A stretch of DNA of 31,007 nucleotides, from IMG/VR virus record IMGVR_UViG_3300019784_000519, positions 1-31,007 of that record. The stretch is one strand, 5' to 3'. The DNA is from a virus. Its lineage: Duplodnaviria > Caudoviricetes. Position 1 is the stretch's first letter; every line of letters begins with the position of its first letter. Both the position numbers and the translations under genes were made by a program. The notes under the pieces were generated by a model. That model made no database searches, was not told the origin of the DNA, and saw only the letters and a list, made by a program, of their open reading frames with translations. Positions 25,525-31,007 of the stretch are shown piece by piece.

Positions 25525-25909
25525 CGTATCCGGGGAACCCGCTTCGCAAGGTTCGCACTCCGTAATTCACGGGCGAATAGTTCAAGTCAATTCAGCCAAG
25601 CATAAACGCTGGCGCAACGCCGTCGCTTTCGCAGCTCTCGAATTAGTAACCGACGGCTGGGAACTTCTCGACGAACCGCTAGAGCTTTCGGTCATCTTTT
25701 ATCTTCCCCGACCCAAGACAGTTCAAGACCGGGCGTACCCGTCCGTAATGCCGGACGTGGACAAGCTCCTGCGGGCCGTCTTTGATTCACTCAGCGGGGT
25801 AATCTACGTAGACGATTCTCGGGTAGTTCGGGTATCTGCTCAAAAGGTCTACGCGGACGCTAGAGGCCCGGGGGCTTTAATACGGGTAAACACTCTCCCG
25901 ACCTCCTAA
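25505..25909 (+). CDS. rusA: RusA-like Holliday junction resolvase
   Basis: GEPASQGS, FYLPRPK, PDVDKLLRAVFDSL, DDSRVV motifs. Confidence 0.9.
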   Translation: MFELTIDVSGEPASQGSHSVIHGRIVQVNSAKHKRWRNAVAFAALELVTDGWELLDEPLELSVIFYLPRPKTVQDRAYPSVMPDVDKLLRAVFDSLSGVIYVDDSRVVRVSAQKVYADARGPGALIRVNTLPTS

Positions 25910-25945
25910 AAACCCGCCTACGGGCGTTCTACGGCCCCAAATCTA

Positions 25946-25961
25946 TCGAACACCCGTTCGA
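25946..25961. promoter_or_regulatory. LexA/SOS box (actinobacterial consensus)
   Basis: TCGAAC-ACCC-GTTCGA, perfect match to TCGAAC-N4-GTTCGA, intergenic. Confidence 0.75.
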
Positions 25962-25974
25962 ACTACCCTGAATT

Positions 25975-26095
25975 ATAACGATTTGGTAACATTTCTAGAA
26001 ATTTGTCAAAATTTGTCAAAATTGGTAGAAATTCCCGAAAATCTGTGGTACTTTATTACTAACCGGAAAAGCCCGGGGTAAGAAAGGGAAAAGAA
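25975..26095 (+). promoter_or_regulatory. Promoter cassette copy 2 (ATAAC-n6-GTAAC, phased AAATT, TGgTACTTT -10, conserved leader)
   Basis: Colinear with 9181..9288; heads the small-gene cluster. Confidence 0.7.
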
Positions 26096-26260
26096 ATGAA
26101 CGTAAAGCTAACAGCCAAAGAGCTAGAAAGAATTCTTAGTGCTTTGAACTACCAGTCCGAATACTTCTTTACTCCAGACGAAGTCGAAGCCTACGGCTGG
26201 GAAAAAGCAGCAGCAGAAGTTAAAAGTCTTATCGAGAAACTAGAAAGGGTGGAGGCGTAA
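26096..26260 (+). CDS. Hypothetical protein (54 aa)
   Basis: Own translation MNVKLTAKELERILSALNYQSEYFF...; GAAAGGGAAAA RBS. Confidence 0.75.
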   Translation: MNVKLTAKELERILSALNYQSEYFFTPDEVEAYGWEKAAAEVKSLIEKLERVEA

Positions 26261-26288
26261 GCCTCCCCCGGAAGGAAAGGGAAAACAA

Positions 26289-26486
26289 ATGAATCAGATT
26301 CAAGACTTACTCAGCGACCTAGAAGAATTACTAGACGAGCGCGAAGAGAAGCAAGAAATGCTAGACGACGAAACCGAAGCAGGGAACGGACACGAAGCAG
26401 ACGGCCACGCTGAAGACCTATCGGAAATAAACGTAGCTATCGAAGCAATCAAAGTGAACCTTGACCGACTAATCACGAAGCTATAG
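26289..26486 (+). CDS. Highly acidic hypothetical protein
   Basis: GAAAGGGAAAA RBS; Asp/Glu-rich. Confidence 0.75.
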   Translation: MNQIQDLLSDLEELLDEREEKQEMLDDETEAGNGHEADGHAEDLSEINVAIEAIKVNLDRLITKL

Positions 26487-26499
26487 AAAGGGAAAAGAA

Positions 26500-26691
26500 A
26501 TGGAAAAGACTCTAAGCCCGTGGGGGCAGAAACTATTCGCCGTAGTTTATTACTCCGGCCAGTCCGTACACGTCTACGGAGATTCTCTAGAGCAAGTCAC
26601 CGCCCGGGAGAACGCACTTATTGAAAACTGGAAGAAGATGCAGAAGAACCCGAACTTGGGTATCGCTGGAATTTGGGAAGTGACCGAATGA
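26500..26691 (+). CDS. Hypothetical protein
   Basis: GAAAGGGAAAA RBS. Confidence 0.75.
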   Translation: MEKTLSPWGQKLFAVVYYSGQSVHVYGDSLEQVTARENALIENWKKMQKNPNLGIAGIWEVTE

Positions 26692-26921
26692 CTAACCTAA
26701 CAATTCTCGACCACTTCGAGAGAGCCGACGACGAGTTCGTAGTTATCGGGTTCACCCGGGGAGTAAATAATCAGTTTGTTTATTGCGTCGAAGTTCGTAA
26801 CGGAGCAGACCACTTCTTCGAGCATTACACGTCGCTAGACGGAGAACTAAATAAGCGACTAGCGCACGACAAGTTCGACGAATTCGTGGACAAGTTCGCA
26901 AGCCCGAAGGTGCGTGTCTAA
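26688..26921 (+). CDS. Hypothetical protein
   Basis: ATGA overlap at 26688 gives the likely start. Confidence 0.7.
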   Translation: MTNLTILDHFERADDEFVVIGFTRGVNNQFVYCVEVRNGADHFFEHYTSLDGELNKRLAHDKFDEFVDKFASPKVRV

Positions 26922-27079
26922 TGAAGCTATTCGGATTCTTTATTCTCTTCGCAGCTCTCTTAGTTGGCAGTTGGAAGCTTCAGGAAACGGACTTGCTTCT
27001 TGGATACACTCTCGGAGTATTCGGCTTTCTAATAACAACTATTTTCTTCGTGGATTACCTAGCTAGGAAGTATCTCTAA
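26921..27079 (+). CDS. Small two-TM membrane protein (52 aa)
   Basis: Own translation MKLFGFFILFAALLVGSWKLQETDLLLGYTLGVFGFLITTIFFVDYLARKYL; TAATG coupling. Confidence 0.7.
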   Translation: MKLFGFFILFAALLVGSWKLQETDLLLGYTLGVFGFLITTIFFVDYLARKYL

Positions 27080-27237
27080 TGGCACTCGAGCTAATCCCGC
27101 TTCTACTTTTCGCTTGGCTAGTGGAGCTGTCGGAAATGGTTCAAGCGAACGCCGGGCTTCTATTCTTTCTTCCGCTCTTTACTATCGTGTGGACGCTAGG
27201 CATTATCTCCATAATGCGAAGGTGGGACGGAAGATGA
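27079..27237 (+). CDS. Small two-TM membrane protein (52 aa)
   Basis: Own translation MALELIPLLLFAWLVELSEMVQANAGLLFFLPLFTIVWTLGIISIMRRWDGR; coupled at both ends. Confidence 0.7.
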   Translation: MALELIPLLLFAWLVELSEMVQANAGLLFFLPLFTIVWTLGIISIMRRWDGR

Positions 27238-27416
27238 ACGAAGCTGAATTTGTTCTCCGTCGGATTATAAAAGTGGGCTACGAGTTTGCGGAGAATCAGA
27301 AAGACGGAACCAGTAATAAAGCTTTAGCTATTCATAGATACACGGGACAGATACAACTACTTAGCCACCTAGAAGAACAGTTCTTAGAAAGGAACGAAAA
27401 TGATAAGCAAGACTAA
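27234..27416 (+). CDS. Hypothetical protein
   Basis: Start MNEAEF at the ATGA overlap, shorter than the track ORF. Confidence 0.65.
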   Translation: MNEAEFVLRRIIKVGYEFAENQKDGTSNKALAIHRYTGQIQLLSHLEEQFLERNENDKQD

Positions 27417-27636
27417 CCCGGCAATCGAGTTCGGAAACGACGATTACAACCCACACCAGTTCAGCTATCAGACAGCGCAGCAAGACGGAATCCTGATGGG
27501 CCGTCTACTTATGCGGGACGAAGTTCTTCGCCTAATCAAAGCGACGAACCCGGTTCCGACTAAAGCGGTAGCAAAGATTCTCGACCTAGTGGAAGGACTT
27601 AACGCAGATGTTTACGCTTCTGAAATTGCCCGCTGA
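27400..27636 (+). CDS. Hypothetical protein
   Basis: GAAAGGAA RBS. Confidence 0.7.
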   Translation: MISKTNPAIEFGNDDYNPHQFSYQTAQQDGILMGRLLMRDEVLRLIKATNPVPTKAVAKILDLVEGLNADVYASEIAR

Positions 27637-27796
27637 AACTTTATCCGCTTACAACAAAGGACGCCGGGACGAACAAGCCTCAGTAGAAACCCTTCTAGAG
27701 TTTCTAACAATAGAGCAACTAATAGACAGGGCAACTTTAGCCCTGCTAATCGAAGAGCTAACGAAGATTGACCGCAGACCAAGAAAGGAATTGTAA
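27608..27796 (+). CDS. Hypothetical protein
   Basis: AYNKGRRDE motif; fills the operon. Confidence 0.6.
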   Translation: MFTLLKLPAETLSAYNKGRRDEQASVETLLEFLTIEQLIDRATLALLIEELTKIDRRPRKEL

Positions 27797-28083
27797 TGAG
27801 CTGGAAAGATGAAGACGAAGTGACGACTACTTACGGAACGATTCAGCAAGCGCAACAGGAAAACTATATCCGTGGATTCTATGACGGACTAGACAAAAGG
27901 CTCACGAATAACACCGACTACACCGACGGATTCAAAGCCGGGCAGCGTAGCGAACGGGAATATCTTCTTAGCTTCGTCGAAGACCACGAAGGAATCCCAA
28001 TCGTCGTTCAAGACCTAGTAGACGAAATAAACGGACGCTACAAAAGAGAAATGAACGAACTACTGAAAGGTATGGGAGTATGA
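27796..28083 (+). CDS. Hypothetical protein
   Basis: GAAAGGAA RBS; Y..GF..G repeats. Confidence 0.7.
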   Translation: MSWKDEDEVTTTYGTIQQAQQENYIRGFYDGLDKRLTNNTDYTDGFKAGQRSEREYLLSFVEDHEGIPIVVQDLVDEINGRYKREMNELLKGMGV

Positions 28084-28283
28084 CCACGAAAGTAGCAAAG
28101 AATAAATATGCCGGATATACCAAAGGGCAAATGGAACAACGAGAGCGAATTCTTGAAATGCTAGAAGAAGAAATCGCCCGCTTCGAGAAACACCCGTACC
28201 GACTTGGAACATTCGATACGCACGGAATCTACTTGGGGCTAAAAATGGCTCACTTACACGTAAAGGAAATGAAATGGACTTAG
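28080..28283 (+). CDS. Hypothetical protein
   Basis: ATGA overlap; GY.KG...RERI motif. Confidence 0.7.
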   Translation: MTTKVAKNKYAGYTKGQMEQRERILEMLEEEIARFEKHPYRLGTFDTHGIYLGLKMAHLHVKEMKWT

Positions 28284-28399
28284 AAACGAAACTAGACCTT
28301 TTACTAATCGAGCTAGAAGTTTACGGAAAAATGATTGAGCAACTAGACAAAGATATGGTGGCGTTCAATGAATGGCTTCAGACTGAAATCGAAAGGTAA
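28274..28399 (+). CDS. Small acidic coiled-coil protein (41 aa)
   Basis: Own translation MDLETKLDLLLIELEVYGKMIEQLDKDMVAFNEWLQTEIER; AAAGGA RBS. Confidence 0.55.
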   Translation: MDLETKLDLLLIELEVYGKMIEQLDKDMVAFNEWLQTEIER

Positions 28400-28499
28400 G
28401 CACTCGTCAAAAAGACAACCTCTTTATATTCGTCGGCAGCTTCGTTGGCTTAGACACCAAATTCGTCTATGGGTAATTGACAGAAGAAAACGCAGCTAA
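28368..28499 (+). CDS. Small basic protein (43 aa)
   Basis: Own translation MNGFRLKSKGKHSSKRQPLYIRRQLRWLRHQIRLWVIDRRKRS. Confidence 0.4.
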   Translation: MNGFRLKSKGKHSSKRQPLYIRRQLRWLRHQIRLWVIDRRKRS

Positions 28500-28573
28500 A
28501 GCTTTAGAAATGGATTACGCTGGACTGGAACCCGAACTCGGGGACTTGACTCTGAATCTTGTAAGGGGAATAA

Positions 28574-28789
28574 ATGCTAGAAGACCTAAAGCCACCGCAA
28601 AGAATTAGCAGTTGCGCGGTTCGAACTATCCGCAACAAGCTAGAAAAGAAAGACCAAGAAATCCTAGACGTGGCACTAGCTAACAAGGAATTCAACTCCG
28701 GGGCTTTAGCCCGTGAACTAAGCTCTAGGGGATTACGAATTAGCGACGTTTCAATCCTGCGCCACCGGAAGAAAGAATGCTCTTGCTAG
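28574..28789 (+). CDS. Small HTH-like protein upstream of phosphoesterase
   Basis: LARELSSRG...SILRHRKKECSC; AAGGGG RBS. Confidence 0.7.
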   Translation: MLEDLKPPQRISSCAVRTIRNKLEKKDQEILDVALANKEFNSGALARELSSRGLRISDVSILRHRKKECSC

Positions 28790-29940
28790 AAAACCTAGAA
28801 CCAGCGAAGAAAGTAGAACCCACTCCGTTCGGTCGTCCGGGAGTAATCTTCGACGGCAACGAAGGCGAAGCAACAACTCCCTATTCCGAATCTCCAACTA
28901 GCTTCGAAGAGTTTCTAGAAGCCGCAGGAATGAATCCAGAAGAGTTCGAAGTTATCGGGACTCCCCGGGTAAGCAAGTGGCAACAAAAAGAAGCCGGGGA
29001 ATTCCTAACGTCGTTCCGGTTCACCTTTAGAAAACGAATCAGCGGAATTGACTTGCCACTTCTCTACGCCGAAGCAAAGCGACGTGTAAAAGATAAACGG
29101 AAATCTTTACAGGTCAAGGCAACGGATAAAGCCCTAGTCGTTCTCTGGTCGGACTTACAGGTAGGAAAGGTAGACCACCGCGGGGGAACTGCTCAGCTAA
29201 TCGAAAGAGTCGAACTAACAACGGCGAAGCTTATTCAACAAGTCAAGAAAGAGAAACCTTCGAAGGTTATCTTCTGCGACGTTGGGGATACTATCGAGAA
29301 CTTCATAAACGCTAACGACGCTAACCAGCTTTTCACGAACGACCTCTCAATTATGGAGCAGGTGGATTTGGCAACGACTCTAGCTTGGACGACCTTGCGC
29401 GCTCTTACCGAACACGTTCCGGAAATCGTTTACCTATCTGTTGCGTCTAACCATTGTCAAATGAGAATAAACAAACAGCGAGTAGGAAAGGGAACCGACG
29501 ACTGGGGAATCCATATCGGACGAACTCTAGCCCGGCTAGCTGGAGAAGTCGGTCTGCCGATTACATTCTTAGAGCCACAACCGCACGACGAATCTTTAGC
29601 GTTAGATATCTTCGACGACGGCTTCCACGTTCTAGGGCTATGGCACGGACACCAATCACCGAGACCAGACCAAGTGCCGACGTGGTGGCGTCAACAGGCA
29701 TTCGGCAATCAGCCCGTAGCAGCGGCGACAATCGGAGTCAGCGGACACTTCCACCACTTGCGAATCGTCGAGCTAGGTTCAACACCGCGGGGAACTTCTC
29801 GCTTCTGGATTCAAGCTGCCACAATGGACAACGGCTCCGGCTGGTGGAAACGACAAGCGGGAGAAGATTCTCAGCCCGGACTTGTAACCTTTTTCTTAGA
29901 AAAAGAAATCGACTTCACGGGAACGGTATACAAGCTATGA
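28777..29940 (+). CDS. Metallophosphoesterase (calcineurin-like)
   Basis: SDLQVGK, VGDTIE, SNH, HGH, GHFHH motifs. Confidence 0.88.
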   Translation: MLLLENLEPAKKVEPTPFGRPGVIFDGNEGEATTPYSESPTSFEEFLEAAGMNPEEFEVIGTPRVSKWQQKEAGEFLTSFRFTFRKRISGIDLPLLYAEAKRRVKDKRKSLQVKATDKALVVLWSDLQVGKVDHRGGTAQLIERVELTTAKLIQQVKKEKPSKVIFCDVGDTIENFINANDANQLFTNDLSIMEQVDLATTLAWTTLRALTEHVPEIVYLSVASNHCQMRINKQRVGKGTDDWGIHIGRTLARLAGEVGLPITFLEPQPHDESLALDIFDDGFHVLGLWHGHQSPRPDQVPTWWRQQAFGNQPVAAATIGVSGHFHHLRIVELGSTPRGTSRFWIQAATMDNGSGWWKRQAGEDSQPGLVTFFLEKEIDFTGTVYKL

Positions 29941-30293
29941 ACTGTAATCGTTGCGGAATCTTAGTAAGTGAAGCGGCAGTAGAAAGAAGAAAAGCACGGG
30001 GAACTTATGACGGTAAATGCTCAGACTGTCGTAATGGACAAGCTAACGAAATCAAATACAACGGGACAGTATGCCGTCCGTGGCGTGGAGAAGTAGACGA
30101 GCACTTCAACCCGATAGATAGAAACCTAAAGCTTTATCTTCCGGGCTTTAGGACTTGCCTTCACAAAGACTGCGTAAACAAAGAACACATAATCCAGCCC
30201 GACTATTCGCTTGAGCTTGAACGAAACGACATTAGCTATCGAACTGGAAGACTAAGCGAGCTACAAGATTATCAAAGAGAGCTATCCGCGTGA
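29937..30293 (+). CDS. Zn-binding protein, paralog B
   Basis: Start MNCNRCG at the ATGA overlap; CSDCR, CRPWRG, CLHKDCVNKEHI. Confidence 0.75.
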   Translation: MNCNRCGILVSEAAVERRKARGTYDGKCSDCRNGQANEIKYNGTVCRPWRGEVDEHFNPIDRNLKLYLPGFRTCLHKDCVNKEHIIQPDYSLELERNDISYRTGRLSELQDYQRELSA

Positions 30294-30421
30294 AGCCAAT
30301 GCGAAAGATTACCTTAGTCTGCGAGAACGGACACGTGCTAGAAATGAAACTGTTAGAAGGCGTTCACCCGCTACAACTTTGTCTTAGTTGCCTAACAAGA
30401 TACAAAGAGAAAAAAGAATAA
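30290..30421 (+). CDS. Small Zn-ribbon protein (43 aa)
   Basis: GTGA overlap; own translation shows CENGH...CLSC. Confidence 0.55.
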   Translation: MKPMRKITLVCENGHVLEMKLLEGVHPLQLCLSCLTRYKEKKE

Positions 30422-30592
30422 ATGCCTACCTACGAATACAAATGCCCTAACTGCCCTATGACTATTACGATTACTCGAAGCGTCGAGAGTGAAGAGCATA
30501 AGCCCGGCTGCGCTAACTGCGCTCAAGTAATGATGAGAGTCTTCGACGCGCCTCCTATCCGCTTCGAGGGAAAAGGTTGGGGAAAAGATTAG
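30422..30592 (+). CDS. FmdB-family Zn-ribbon protein (56 aa)
   Basis: Own translation MPTYEYKCPNC...CANCAQVMMRVFDAPPIRFEGKGWGKD. Confidence 0.85.
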   Translation: MPTYEYKCPNCPMTITITRSVESEEHKPGCANCAQVMMRVFDAPPIRFEGKGWGKD

Positions 30593-30920
30593 AAGATTCC
30601 CTAAGCCCTGCCGTATCTGCGGACTCCTATCACCCGAACCGCTATGCCCACCTCACACCGCGCAAGCTAAAGCAATCCACGAAGCACGTCGAGCTATGCG
30701 GAAGGCAGCGACCGGGCAGTATGGCGGGGACTACGCGCGCCGGGCTAGAGCCGTCCGAGAGTCTGCGATTACTTGCCACCTTTGCGGAGAAGGAAAGAAA
30801 GAAAATGACCCATTCGAGGCAGACCACGTAATTCCCGCAAGCTCCGGAGATACTGGACAACTTCTTCCAGCCCATAGAAGCTGTAATAGACGAAGAAGCA
30901 ATAAACCCTTAGACCGCTAA
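30588..30920 (+). CDS. Packaging-associated HNH endonuclease (start uncertain: ATT 30588 or ATG 30696)
   Basis: CHLCG...EADHVIP...AHRSCNRRRS; in-frame upstream RFPKPCRICG...C..H is a typical N-terminus. Confidence 0.85.
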   Translation: MRRFPKPCRICGLLSPEPLCPPHTAQAKAIHEARRAMRKAATGQYGGDYARRARAVRESAITCHLCGEGKKENDPFEADHVIPASSGDTGQLLPAHRSCNRRRSNKPLDR

Positions 30921-30989
30921 CCAGCCCTAGACCCCCTACCGCATTACCCGGGGGCGGGTTATTTTCTTAGCAATCGCCATTCTAAATAC

Positions 30990-31003
30990 CCCGACCGCAT
31001 TCC
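30990..31003 (+). repeat. Terminal repeat CCCGACCGCATTCC, right copy
   Basis: Identical to 8..21; an imperfect copy lies near 30932..30948. Confidence 0.65.
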
Positions 31004-31007
31004 CCTT

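Larger units (their letters stand above)
1..31007 (+). mobile_element. Near-complete tailed phage genome (siphovirus, HK97-like head, probable Actinobacteria host)
   Basis: Full packaging-head-tail-lysis-replication gene set, no host genes, HNH at right end and terminase near left end, 14-bp sequence shared by both ends. Confidence 0.95.

Noticed and set aside
25991-26045. 10-bp repeats as a mini-CRISPR or iteron array
   Set aside because: Too short and without spacers; better explained as phased A-tracts in a duplicated promoter
26251-26266. GGAGGC-GTAA-GCCTCC hairpin as a terminator
   Set aside because: No following T-tract; more likely a stabilising or processing GNRA hairpin
27114-27233. 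Long start of the 100-aa ORF
   Set aside because: Overlaps a coupled membrane-peptide ORF; ATG 27234 fits better
29454-29936. N-terminal extension of the 279-aa track ORF
   Set aside because: Overlaps the phosphoesterase out of frame with low-complexity Arg/Ser sequence; the real start is the ATGA overlap at 29937
30579-30586. GGGAAAA slippery site fusing the FmdB-like ORF to HNH
   Set aside because: A -1 shift enters the 30577 frame, not the HNH frame, which would need +1
30577-30875. Track ORFs 30577..30831 (+) and 30642..30875 (-)
   Set aside because: Alternative frames over the motif-bearing HNH gene

Overview
This window looks like an essentially complete ~31 kb siphovirus genome with an HK97-type head, cos/HNH packaging and a long non-contractile tail. 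The host is most likely an Actinobacterium, from a WhiB gene, GAAAGG-type RBSs, leaderless TGnTAnnnT promoters and a perfect actinobacterial LexA box. Gene order is: DNA-modification cassette (ParB-like, CmoA-like, C5-cytosine MTase), terminase, portal, multidomain prohead protease, capsid, a moron-like gene, a glycosyltransferase/cytidylyltransferase cluster, neck and tail (with a -1 frameshifted chaperone), lysis, WhiB, recombination/replication, small early genes, metallophosphoesterase, Zn-finger genes and HNH. I recognised no integrase, repressor, DNA polymerase, tRNA or CRISPR. The standout system is a translationally coupled CmoA-like carboxy-SAM synthase and C5 DNA methyltransferase whose motif X reads GRSV instead of GNSV/GNAV. 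This predicts DNA carboxymethylation (5-carboxymethylcytosine) rather than methylation. Other notable signals are the near-total absence of GATC, CATG and TGCA outside one apparently imported tail-tip module, a duplicated curved-DNA promoter cassette with a LexA box at one copy, hairpins with anti-Shine-Dalgarno loops, and a probable protease polyprotein. All family calls come from motif recognition by eye; no searches were run.
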